Positions 33,302 to 43,978 of a stretch of 64,000 nt of DNA are shown in pieces. Under the pieces are notes generated by a model. It worked only from the letters and a program-made list of their open reading frames with translations, made no database searches and had not been told where the DNA came from. Numbering within the stretch: position 1 is the stretch's first letter; each line of letters opens with the position of its first letter. The position numbers were made by a program, and so were the translations under genes. The stretch is from positions 32,001-96,000 of the forward strand of contig CAWDSQ010000001.1 in NCBI GenBank assembly GCA_963804955.1, given 5' to 3'. This DNA is from an uncultured delta proteobacterium. GTDB taxonomy: Bacteria > Desulfobacterota > WTBG01 > CAIYCZ01 > CAIRTM01.

Positions 33302-34858
33302 ATGACAAAAAAAAATAGTGTTATAGTCGGGCAGGGGCCGGTGTCCTGCGAGCAGATCGTGGCGGTTGCCCGCGGTCAGGCCCGGGTAAAGCTCAGCGCT
33401 CAAAAGACTTTCCTTGCACGCATGAACCGTTCGCAGGTCCATGCTGCAAAAAGCACTGAGAGAAGGCGTCGCGGTGTATGGCGTCAACACAGGTTTCGGC
33501 AAAGCCTGCGGCAAGCGCATGCAGGCTGATGCAGCGCTGCAAAAAATCGCCAATCCCCTGCCGTTTCACGGCTGCGGCACGGGCGAGCCCATCGGCATTG
33601 AAGAGACGCGGGCTGCCATGCTCTGCCGCATGCTCTGCCTTGCAACCGGCTACTCGGGCGTGTCCATCGGCCTGCTGCGGCAGCTTGAAGCATTTTTGAA
33701 TCTTGGCATTACGCCTGTTGTGCCCTGCCAGGGATCGGTGGGCGCATCGGGCGATCTGACGCCCATGTCCTATATCGCTGCCTGCCTTGCCGGCGAGCGG
33801 GATGTTTTTTATACAGGCAGGCGCATGAGCGCACGGCAGGCCCTGAAAAAAACCGGCCTGACAACCCTATGTCTTTGAGCCGAAAGAGCCCCTTGCCATG
33901 GTCAACGGCACATCGACCATGACCGGCATTGCCGTCATGGCTGTGGAGCGCAGCCGCAGCTATTCTTCATGCCGCCGTGTGCGCCGCAGCCCTGACCGTG
34001 CATGCTTTCAGGGGCAAGTCGCATCACTTCCATCCTGTCATCAGCAAGGCAAAGCCTTTTGCCGGGCAGGACGCTGTGGCCCGAAGCCTGACCCTGCTTC
34101 TGCAGGCAAAGGGCTCTACGGCGCATCTCGAGGAAGACGGGCCCGAAGCGCTGCAGGATCCCTATTCCGTGCGCTGCACGCCGCAGATCGCAGGCGTGCT
34201 GTCGGACGCGCTCGCCTGGATATCCCAATGGGTCGAGACCGAGGCCAACAGCTCAAACGACAATCCGATTTTTGATCCGGCCACAGGCGAGCCGCTTATG
34301 AGCGGCAATTTCTATGGCGGCCATATCGCTTTTGCCATGGACAGTCTGAAGGCTGCCCTGGCATCGGTTGCCGATATGGCTGACCGCCAGATCATGCTGC
34401 TGGTGAACCCGCAGCTCAGCCGGGGGCTGCCTGAAGATCTTGTGGGTGTAGCAGGACGCGAGCACTTTTTTCATCACGGGTTCAAGGCAATGTCGATAAC
34501 AGCCTCTGCCCTTGCCGCCGAAGCGCTTAAATTGACCATGCCTGCGGCATCGTTTTCACGGTCCAGCGAATCGCATAATCAGGACAAGGTGAGCATGGGC
34601 ACCATCGCGGCCCGCGATGCCGAGCAGGTATGCACCATTGTTGAGCGCACAGTGGCCATCCACCTGCTTGCGGCAGCGCAGGCCTGTGATCTTCGGGGCC
34701 GGGTTGAGGCGCGGCCGCGGCTTGCAGCGCTTGTCAGAAGCATCAGGAAGCTTTCACCGCGCCTGGTGGCGGACCGGCCCCTTGACCGCGACATTGAGGC
34801 TGTTGCGCAGGCAATTGCCGACGGCAGCCTGTTTCTCAACCCTTACGAGGATACATGA
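33302..34858 (+). CDS. MIO-dependent aromatic amino acid ammonia-lyase (HAL/TAL/PAL family; frameshifted)
   Basis: YGVNTGFG, FHGCG, GSVGASGDL (MIO), VNGT, QDPYSVRC, NDNP, HNQDKVSMG. Confidence 0.92.
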
Positions 34859-34862
34859 CGCC

Positions 34863-35285
34863 ATGACCCGCGAGCATCATGCAAGCTTTGAAATTGAGCG
34901 CAAGGTCGCCTTCTATGAGCTTGACCCCATGCAGATCGTGTGGCACGGCAACTACTATAAGTATTTTGAAGACGCCCGTTCGGGCCTGCTGCGCCAGGCG
35001 GGCATAGACCTGCACGACTTTTATGTAAAAAGCAATTGCGTTTTTCCCATCATCAAAACCGCCACCAAGCATATCTATCCCCTGCGCTACGGCGATGAAT
35101 TCATCTGCAGGGCCACTGTTGCCGAATGCAAAGAAAAGCTCGTTGTTGATTTCGAGATACGGCTCAAGGAGGGCGGCAGGGTCTGCGTTAAAGGCCGGAC
35201 CGAGCAGGTGGCTGTGCAGATGCCCGAAGGCGAGATGCAGTTTGAGCTGCCTGCTGCAATCCGCTCTGCCCTGGGGATGCTGTGA
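34863..35285 (+). CDS. Acyl-CoA/ACP thioesterase (4HBT/YbgC family)
   Basis: FYELDPMQIVWHGNYYKYFEDAR, PLRYGD. Confidence 0.88.
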   Translation: MTREHHASFEIERKVAFYELDPMQIVWHGNYYKYFEDARSGLLRQAGIDLHDFYVKSNCVFPIIKTATKHIYPLRYGDEFICRATVAECKEKLVVDFEIRLKEGGRVCVKGRTEQVAVQMPEGEMQFELPAAIRSALGML

Positions 35286-36989
35286 CGGGGCCGCTTTTTC
35301 ACGAAGCCCTTGCCTCGGGCGCTGAGCAGGTAGCGGTCTGGTCGCAGCTTCTGGACCGGATCAATGTCTTTCCCGTTGCCGATGGCGACACGGGCCGCAA
35401 TCTTGTCATAAGCCTTGCCCCGCTGCGGCAGCAGGTGAGCAGCCCGGAAAAACTCTGCCGGAGCCTGCTGCTTGCCGCCCGCGGCAATTCCGGCAATATT
35501 GCAGCCCGTTTCCTGCAGGAGTTCGCGCTCTTGCCCTCGCTTAAGGATCTGGCGGCCACGGTGCAGCGAGGCCGTGATATGGCATACGGGGCTGTGAGCG
35601 AGCCCAAGCCCGGCACCATGCTCAGCCTTTTCGACAGGCTTGCCGATCTTTGCAGTGAAATCCCGGCAGACATGAATGCCGCGTGGACGGCCTGGCTTCT
35701 CTCCTCGCTTGAACATGCCGTTGCCGATACCGTGCACGGGCAGCAGGTTTTGCAGCAGGCCGGGGTGGTTGATGCCGGGGCCCTGGGCATGTATCTTTTT
35801 TTTGACGGTTTTTTCAGCCGGCTTGCCGGCACTGAGTATTTCTTCTCACCGGCCCGTGCCTGCTTTAAAGATAATCTTCGCATTGCCGACTCGTTCAGCC
35901 GGGAGACAACAGCCGGTTTCTGCATCGATGCCGTGGTGGAATCGGCAGGCAGCCTGCAATCAGCCCTGGGGAGCGATCCTGACAGCGCTCGTTGTCATGC
36001 GCAGCGGGGAGTATGTCAAGGTGCATCTCCATGCCCCTGATAGGGAAAAGGCAAAGTCGGATCTGGCAGCGCTGGGTAAAATTATTTCGTGGGCAGACGA
36101 TGATCTGGCTAGCCAGACCGCGGTTTTTTCACGGCCCGCTGCAGCCTCAGCGGTCCATATCATGACCGATGCCGCAGGCTCCATTACCCGCGAAGATGCC
36201 GCAGCGCTCGGGCTTACCCTGCTTGACAGCTATATAAACATGGGCGATACAAGCCTGCCGGAGACCTGCTGTTCGCCTGCTGATATATATAAAGCCATGC
36301 GCGAAGGCTGCCGCTGCTCAACTGCGCAGGCTTCAATGGATGAGCGCTGCCAGCACTACCTGAGCGTGCTTGGACTCAATAAAAACGTGCTCTATCTGTG
36401 CGTGGGCTCGGTATATACGGGCAATTATCAGGCCGCCTCCGGCTGGAAACAGAAGCATGATCACGATAGCCGTTTCAGCATTATAGATACGGGCACAGCT
36501 TCGGGCAGGCTTGCCGTGGCCGTGCATCTCACGGCGCGTTTCGCCCGGCAGGCGGCAGGGGCGGCCGAGGTTGAAGCTTTTGCGCGCAAGGCGCTTTCAA
36601 ACTGTCATGAATATATATTTGTCGACACTTTGGGCTATCTTGCCGCCGGCGGCAGGCTTTCTAAAACCGGTGCCTTTTTCGGGGATATGCTAAAGTTTAA
36701 ACCCGTCATCAGCCCGCAGCCTGACGGCGCGCAAAAGGTCGGCATGGTCAGAAACCGCGATGAGCAGGTGCGGTTTGCCCTTGAAAAGCTCTCAGAGGTT
36801 TTCACGCCTGAGGCAAAGGGCCTGATACTTCTTGAGTATACCGACAACCGCAGCTTTGTTGAGGAAACAGCCGCAACCGTGCAGCGCCGTTTCCCGAAGA
36901 CAGAACTGCTTGTGCGGCCTTTGTCGCTCACAACAGGCGTGCATACGGGGCCGGGCACCTGGGCCGTGGCGTTTGCAGCGGAGGAATAA
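35282..36989 (+). CDS. DAK2 (FakA-like) plus DegV (FakB-like) fusion, fatty-acid kinase family (frameshift near 35965)
   Basis: INVFPVADGDTG.N, ARGNSG, PKPGTML, VVDAGA; then KVHLH, IMTDAA, STAQAS, YLAAGGRL, KPVI, GVHTGPG. Confidence 0.85.
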
Positions 36990-36994
36990 AGAAG

Positions 36995-37114
36995 GAATTC
37001 AGTATCCAGTAGTCAGTAGCCAGAAGAAAAAATTTAAATCATTTCGGAGGCCAGATACATTTTTGGAATCTCAGTATCTTTTATTCTGAATTCTGGCTGC
37101 TGAATTCTGGCTTC
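36995..37114. repeat. Heptamer-repeat element with inverted arms, copy 3
   Basis: GAATTCAGTATCCAGTAGTCAGTAGCCAGAAG ... TTCTGAATTCTGGCTGCTGAATTCTGGCTTC. Confidence 0.7.
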
Positions 37115-37155
37115 CTTTTGAAGGACAAAATTGTTTACTGCCTGATTGTTAAAAT

Positions 37156-37880
37156 ATGCGCTGTGCCATTGTCATTCCCGTCTATAATCATGAAGCCACG
37201 GTCGCCGAAGTGGTGCGGCAAAGCCTCGCACTGGGCTATCCCGTAATTGTCGTTGATGACGGTTCAACAGACAGCACCTATGAACGGATCAGGGATATTC
37301 CGTGCCGTCACCATTCTGCGGCATGCGCAGAACCGGGGCAAGGGAGCAGCGCTGCTTACGGGGTTTGCTCGAAGCAGCAAAAAACGCCGACTGGGCTGCA
37401 ACCCTGGATGCCGATGGCCAGCACCGGCCCGAAGACCTGCCGCTACTGCTTGCCGCGGTGCCTGAAGGCAAGCGGCCCATCGTGGTGGGCCGGCGCGAGG
37501 GCATGCAGGCTGAGCATGTGCCCTGGGCAAGCAGGTTCGGCAGAAAATTTTCAAATTTCTGGGTGCAGGCATCGGGCGGCCCTGCCATTTCCGATACGCA
37601 GAGCGGCATGCGCCTCTACCCGCTGCCGGAAACGATTAACCTGCCGGTGCGGGCGCGCCGGTTTCAGTTCGAGGTTGAGGTCCTGGTAAAGGCGCGCTGG
37701 TACGGCGTGCCTGTGGTGGAAGCGCCTATTCATGTCTCCTATGCCCCGAAAGGCGAGCGCATTTCCCATTACCGTGGCTTTGTCGATTCCATGAGAAACT
37801 CGGCAGCATTTACGCGTCTTATTTTCGGGCGGTTTTTCTTTCTGCCTTTTATCCGCTTCAGGCGGAAGGCTTCATGGTGA
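37156..37880 (+). CDS. GT2 glycosyltransferase (frameshifted)
   Basis: VIPVYNH, VDDGSTD, NRGKGAAL, LDADGQH, DTQSGMRLYP, ISHYR. Confidence 0.88.
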
Positions 37881-37884
37881 GGGT

Positions 37885-40800
37885 ATGAAGAAACGCTATG
37901 CTCTGCGCTGGTCACTGGCCGGGCTGATACTGCTTTCAGTCACAGGGTTTTTTATTGCAGGTATCTATCGCCTTCAGTTTTCAACCGATATGCTTGCAGC
38001 GCTGCCGCAGGATGATCCCGTGCTGGCAGATGCCCGCTATGTGCTCATGCACAATCCGGCACTGGAAAAAATTGTCATCGACATAAGCCTTGCCCGTGAG
38101 GATATGGCGCTGCTGACCGAATGCGCTGCTTTTGTTGAAGCGCGGCTGCGGAAAAGCGGCCTTTTCAAACAGGTAGGCTTAGAGCATATGACCAAGCTCA
38201 TGCCCGGTTTTTTGCAGTATGCCGCGGAGGGTCTGCCGGTGCTGTTCAGCGAGCGCGAGCTGACAGAAGAAGTGGCGCCCCTGCTGTCACCCGACAAGGT
38301 GCGCGCGGCGCTGGCTGCCCATCTTGCCGGTTTAAGCGGCCTTGAGGGTATCGGTCAGGCAGAGCTTATGGCGGGCGACCCTTTGAACCTGCGAAATCTT
38401 GTGCTGAGCCGCATGGCCGGTTTAATTCCTGTCAAGAATGCCCGGTTCGTGAAGGGGCAGCTCATGTCAGGCGACGGCAGGCACCTGCTTATCATTGCCG
38501 AGCCCGCAGGCCCGGGCACTGATACGGCCTTTGCCCGCAGGCTTGATGCTTTGATGCAGCAGACCGCCGGTGAGGTTGAGGCCCGCTATGGCGCTGAAAA
38601 TGCCGTGACGCTGACCCCGGTCGGCTCCTACCGAACGTCCCTTGACAATGAGGAGAATGCAAAGCGCACTGTGCAGCGGGCCACGCTCTTTTCAACCGTG
38701 GCCGTTGCACTGTTGCTGCTGTGCGCATTTCCCCGGCCTTTGATCGGGCTTCTGGCGCTGCTGCCCGCTTTTGCCGGAACCATGTTTGCGGTTTTTGTCT
38801 ATTCTCTTTTCAATACTTCCATCTCTCTTCTGGCTGTGGGTTTCGGCGGCGCCATCGTTTCATTTACCGTTGATTACGGCATTGCCTATCTGCTTTTTCT
38901 CGACCGTTGTCACGAGACCAAGGGCTTCGAAGCATCCCGCGAGGTCTGGTCCCTCGGTCTTATCGCCATGCTCACCACTGCCGTCAGCTTTGCGGCTCTC
39001 AGTCTGAGCGGTTTCCCGGCCCTTGCCGAGATAGGGCTGTTCAGCGCCCTGGGCGTAGTTTTTACCTATATTTTCGTCCACGCCATATTCCCCCTCGTAT
39101 TTGCCCGCATGCCTGCCGCAGGCCATGAGCCTTTCGTGCCTCTGCAGGCTTTTGTGAACATACTCGCTTCATCCCGCACCAGCTGGAAAGCACCTGCAGC
39201 AATCGCCTTCGGCATCGCTATGCTTTTTTTTGCCCGGCCTGATTTTCATATTGATCTCACCGCGCTCAATGCAGCGACCCCGCAAACACGTGCAGCGGAA
39301 AAGCTTGTGCAGCAGGTCTGGGGCGATGTTACCGGCAGCATGCAGCTCATGCTGGAGGCAGGCTCCAGGGATGAGCTTGCCCGCCGCGGCGACCGGGTAT
39401 CTCGCATGCTGCAGGCCGAGATAGCCGGCGGCGCGGTGCAGCCCTGCTTCCTTCCTTCGTCGCTGCTTCCCGGGGCGGAGGTTCGCCGGGAAAATTTTGC
39501 CGCCTGGCAGCGCTTCTGGAGCACAGAGCGCATTGCCGGCCTTGAAGCAGCCGTCGGTGCGGCATCGCGCGATCTCGGGTTTGCTCCCGATGCTTTTGCG
39601 CCTTTTTTTGCCATGCTTGCCAGCCCCGCCATGCCGCAGGCTTCAATGCCCGATGAGCTTTGCGCTTTGCTTGGCATAGCACAGGATGCAGAGGCCGGCA
39701 TCTGGCGGCAGGTGCTCACGCTTGCGCCCGGTTCATCATATGCCGCAGATGATTTCTACAGCCGCATTTCCGCTGACGCTGCAGCGCGGCTGTTTGACCC
39801 TGCTCTTTTCAGCCAGAGACTGGGGACGGTGCTCCTGTCGGGGTTTCTAAAAATGGCGCTCATTGTCGGCCTGGTAACGGTACTGGTCGCGCTTTTATTT
39901 TTTATGGACTGGCAGCTTACCCTGCTTGGTATTGCGCCGACGGTGTTTGCCCTCATCTGCACACTGGGCACTCTTGAAACTTATGGGCCAGCCTCTGGGC
40001 ATCCCCACGCTCATGGTGGCTGTCGTGGTTATCGGCATGGGCACGGACTATGCGCTGTATTTAATCCGCGCCTATCAGCGCTATTGTGATGAAGCCAATG
40101 CCTCCCTCGGTCTTATCCGCCTGTCGGTTTTTCTCTCGTTTGCCACCACGCTGCTTGGCTTTGGCGTGCTTGCCGTGTGCGATAATCCCATGCTCAAAAG
40201 CGCCGGCCTCGGGCTTGCCCTTGGCATCGGCTATTCATTCATCGGCGCTGTCACCATTGTGCCGCCGGTATTAAAGCGGCTGTTTGCGCCTGCGCGTTTT
40301 CCTGACGAAACGGTTCAGGCCGGCTCGCGGCGGCACTTTCAGAGGTTTATCAGCCATTACCGGCATATGGAGTCATACCCTCGGTTCTTTGCCCGCTTCA
40401 AGGTCCTGTGTGATCCCATGTTCCCCCGGCTTGCGGATTTTTTGCATGCACCGCGCACAGTCATTGATATCGGCACCGGCTATGGCGTGCCTGCGGTCTG
40501 GCTGCTTGAGCTGTTTCCGGATTTAAAAGTATATGGCATCGAGCCGGATGCACGAAGGGTGCGCTTTGCCAGCCGCGCCATTGGCGGGCGCGGGCTCGGT
40601 ACAGGTGGGCCGGGCGCCTGATGTCCCCGATGCGCCAGGGCCTGCCGATGCAGCGCTGCTGCTTGATATGCTCCACTATATAACCGATGATGAAGTGCGG
40701 CTCACGCTTTCGCGCCTGCGTGAAAAGCTGCGCCCCGGCGCACAGCTCATTGTGCGGGTAACCATTCCCCTGCATGAGCGCGCATCAGTGCTGCGCTTTG

Positions 40801-40955
40801 TTGAAACAACACGCCTGAAGATACTGGGCATTGCGTCGTATTTGCGCACGGCGCAGCAGGTGCGCGCACTTATTACGGATGCGGGCTTTACCATCACCTG
40901 TGAAGAGCCAACTGCCCAGGGTAGTGAAATTATCTGGTTTATTGCTGAAAAATAA
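37885..40955 (+). CDS. MMPL/RND-like exporter with C-terminal SAM methyltransferase domain (frameshifted)
   Basis: Two TM repeats with VDYGI and GMGTDYA; followed in-frame by VIDIGTGYG, GIEPD; then DMLHY, LRPG. Confidence 0.82.
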
Positions 40956-40960
40956 AAGAT

Positions 40961-41265
40961 TCACCGCAGAGACGCAAAGAGCGCAAAGGGTTAATGCTTT
41001 TTGTTTTTCGCTGAGAGAGCAAAAAACAAAAAAAGTGCACTTTTCGGCAAATGAGGCGATGTCTTTCCCTTTGTGCCTTCTCAGCAAAAAAGGAAAGACA
41101 TATCTTCACTCTGCGGCCTCCGCGCCTCTGCGGTGAATTTATGCGTAAGAAAATTTTTTGAGGTTGGGTTAAGCCCGGGAAATCCGTTGGGTTTCGTACC
41201 TCAATCCATACAGATAACGGTCTTATTAAAACCCATATTCTTAAGGGCGAACCCAACAAATCAAC
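40961..41265. repeat. REP-like inverted repeat cluster
   Basis: TTCACCGCAGAGACGCAAAGAGCGCAAAG ... CTCTGCGGCCTCCGCGCCTCTGCGGTGAA; then GGTTGGGTTAAGCCCGG (also at ~22691) ... AACCCAAC. Confidence 0.6.
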
Positions 41266-41275
41266 GTATGAGATT

Positions 41276-42174
41276 ATGACAGACCTTTTCTACCGCTGCC
41301 TGATGTTTGTCTCCGGCTTCACCGGCGCCTGGCTGTTTAAAGCCGGGGCCTGGTGGGTTGCAACGGGCTATTTCTTTCTGTTTCCGCAGCGGGTTCGGCA
41401 CGAGCATCAATTTCTATAAAGCGCTTTTCCCTGTGCGCGGATTTTTCTATCATCTCTTCTGCGCCTGGCGTCAGTTTCACAATTTCACCACGATCTTTCT
41501 CGACCGCTGGCTTGCCCGCAACCCGGGCAGCATCACCTTTTCGCAGGAGGGCCGGGAGCATATTGAAAAGATCGCATGTGACGGAACCGGCGGCATTATG
41601 CTCATGTCGCATCTTGGCAACTGGGAGCTTGGGGCGAGCTATCTTGGGAGCCGCACTGACGGGCCTGCCATAAAACTTCTTCTGTATCTGGGGGAAAAGC
41701 AGGGCGAGCAGATCGAGGGGCTGCAGAAAAAGGACCTTGCCCTGCAGGGCGTGAAGATCATCGCCACAAAGCAGGGCGAAGCCTCACCCTTTGACCTTGT
41801 GGAGGGAGTGCGCTTTATAAAAGAAGGCGGCTTTGTCTCCATGACCGGCGACCGCCTGTGGAGCGCTGCCCAGCGCTCGGTTGCAGTGAAGTTTTTAGGC
41901 CGCGAGGCCCGCATACCCGAGGCACCGTTTCAGTTTGCCCTGCTCTCAGGCGCACCGCTCATTATCTTTTTTGTGAACCGCCTGGGCAACGGCAGATACC
42001 ATTCCACGCTCTTCCCGCCGTATTGCGGTTGCGGCAGCATCCCGCAGCGAGCGCGCGGAAGCCATTCGCAAGGCTGCGCAGCAGTATGCCGATATCCTGG
42101 AGACCATGGTGCGGCGGTATCCCTTTGAGTGGTATCACTTCGAGCGGTTTATTGAGCCGGGGGGTAGTGAATAA
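41276..42174 (+). CDS. LpxL/lysophospholipid-type acyltransferase (frameshifted)
   Basis: SHLGNWE, MTGDR, F.G.....P.APF, YPFEWYHF. Confidence 0.85.
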
Positions 42175-42232
42175 CGGCGCCCTTGAGTTTTTCCGTTTTT
42201 TGGGTTAGTGGCCTTCACATTTGATTTTGCAG

Positions 42233-42735
42233 GCCCCCTCACCCCAACCCTCTCCCACCAGAGGCTGTGTCACAATACCGTTTTTGGTAGTCGCAAGCTT
42301 CAGCTTGCGTTTGTTGGCACATGGAATGTCAATACGTTACGCAGGCTGAAGCCTGCGGCTACCTCCACAATTATGCACTGCGACACAGTCTCCCAGGGGA
42401 GAGGGAGCCAACAATTTTCCCCTCCCACCAGAGGCTGTGTCATAATTAGTTTTGTACTGTCATTTCGAATCCGCCGCAGGCGGTGAGAAATCTTAAGGCT
42501 TTGATTTTGCTTCAGGCAAAGATCTCTCCCTTTGGTCGAGATGACATCATTTTTTAATTGCGATACAATCTCTGAGAGGAGGGTGATCGCAACTGATAAT
42601 TTTAAATGTGATGATCCACTAGTGAGCCTTCACATTTAAAAGCATCAGTTGCAGGCACTTTCCATCTAATACCCAATACTTGTGAATTAAGGATTCCTTC
42701 TCTCCTTGAGGGGAGAAGGTCAGGATGAGGGGTGA
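42233..42735. mobile_element. Two MITE-like elements nested in CCCTCTCCC-type REPs, each carrying an internal REP
   Basis: TIRs GAGGCTGTGTCACAA (42261)...GCGACACAGTCTC (42392) flanked by CCA duplication; GAGGCTGTGTCATAA (42431)...TTGCGATACAATCTC (42572). Confidence 0.7.
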
Positions 42736-42773
42736 TATAAATCAAAGGTGAAACCCCTGTAGGTTTCAGGGGG

Positions 42774-42809
42774 TTGACAAAAATAGTGTAACCATATATA
42801 GTTACACTA
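42774..42809 (+). promoter_or_regulatory. sigma70 promoter and palindromic operator of hicAB
   Basis: TTGACA (42774)-17-TATAGT (42797); palindrome TAGTGTAAC-N8-GTTACACTA at 42784-42809. Confidence 0.8.
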
Positions 42810-43060
42810 TGAGCATAGAAGAAAAACTGCTGGCAAAAATTCGCAATAATCCTGATGGCATATCATTTAAAGAGCTGTGTTCGGCCCTCGGACATTGCGG
42901 CTGGGTGCTCGATCATCAAACCGGAAGTCATTTAATATGGCATTCGCCCGCCGGGTTCAGATTGCCGTTGCAAAAGCGGCCCGACGGCAAGGCCAAGGGT
43001 TATCAGGTGAAGCAATTTATCGACCAGTACGCAAGGGAGACAGGTAATGAAAAAAAGTAG
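42809..43060 (+). CDS. hicA: HicA-family toxin
   Basis: 83 aa; ISFKELC..L...GW...GSH, GKAKGYQVKQF. Confidence 0.88.
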   Translation: MSIEEKLLAKIRNNPDGISFKELCSALGHCGWVLDHQTGSHLIWHSPAGFRLPLQKRPDGKAKGYQVKQFIDQYARETGNEKK

Positions 43061-43394
43061 ATTCGACGGCTACAGTGTAAACCTTTACCAGGATGAGGAC
43101 GACGACTGGCTGGCGCATTTCATAGAGCTGCCCAATGTGTCAGCCTTTGCGGATTCCCCGGAAGGCGCATTGAAAGAGCTTGAAACGGCATGGGAAGGCG
43201 TCAAAAAAAGCTACCGCAAGCATGGTGAGCCTGTGCCTGTTGCGCCATCACGCAGAAAGTACAGTGGGCAGTTTAATGTACGGATCAACAAGACGCTGCA
43301 TCGGGCTCTGGCTGTGGAGGCTGTACGTGAGGGCGTGAGCCTGAATGCACTGGTAGCGAAAAAGCTAGAGCTGGCTGCGATGACGCCGCGGTAA
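43047..43394 (+). CDS. hicB: HicB-family antitoxin with RHH domain
   Basis: ELPNVSAFADSPEGAL; YSGQFNVRI..LHRALA.EA..EGVSLN. Confidence 0.9.
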   Translation: MKKSRFDGYSVNLYQDEDDDWLAHFIELPNVSAFADSPEGALKELETAWEGVKKSYRKHGEPVPVAPSRRKYSGQFNVRINKTLHRALAVEAVREGVSLNALVAKKLELAAMTPR

Positions 43395-43443
43395 TAACAG
43401 TCAGGCATACGCGGGGTAGGTGGAACCCAACACTACAGAATAT

Positions 43444-43713
43444 ATGAAAAAGAAAAAACCGGCACGAACCAGCCGTGAGTTCGATCAACGCTTTGATGAT
43501 GGCGAAGATATTCACGATCTTCTGAACATGTCAAAGGCCGCCAACATCAATCATGGCAAAAAGGTCAGAATCACCCTTGATATGGCCGAATCGCTTGTCA
43601 AAGAGATTGACGAAATTCGGGCACGAATCGGCGTTGACCGTGGTGCCCTTATAAAGATATGGCTGTACGAAAAGATACAGTCTGAAAAAGCCCTGAAGTC
43701 TGCCGGGTTGTAG
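43444..43713 (+). CDS. BrnA/CopG-like antitoxin, orphan
   Basis: EFDQRFDDGEDI...RITLD...LVKEID..ARIGVDR.ALIKIWL.EK. Confidence 0.78.
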   Translation: MKKKKPARTSREFDQRFDDGEDIHDLLNMSKAANINHGKKVRITLDMAESLVKEIDEIRARIGVDRGALIKIWLYEKIQSEKALKSAGL

Positions 43714-43734
43714 GGCCGGGAGGGTGGTGAGGAT

Positions 43735-43978
43735 CATCCCCGAGGCACCGTTTCAGTTTGCCCTGCTCTCAGGCGCACCGCTCATTATCTTTTTTGTGAA
43801 CCGCCTGGGCAACGGCAGATACCATTCCACGCTCTTCCCGCCATATTCGGTTGCGGCAGCATCCCGCAGCGCGCGCGCGGAAGCCATCCGCCAGGCCGCG
43901 CAGCAGTATGCCGATATCCTGGAGACCATGGTGAGGCGGTATCCCTTTGAGTGGTATCACTTTGAGCGGCTTATTGAG
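43735..43978 (+). repeat. Near-identical direct repeat of the acyltransferase 3' end (41912-42156)
   Basis: CCCGAGGCACCGTTTCAGTTTGCCCTGCTCTCAGGCGCACCGCTCATT...GAGTGGTATCACTT.GAGCGG.TTATTGAG present twice. Confidence 0.92.
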
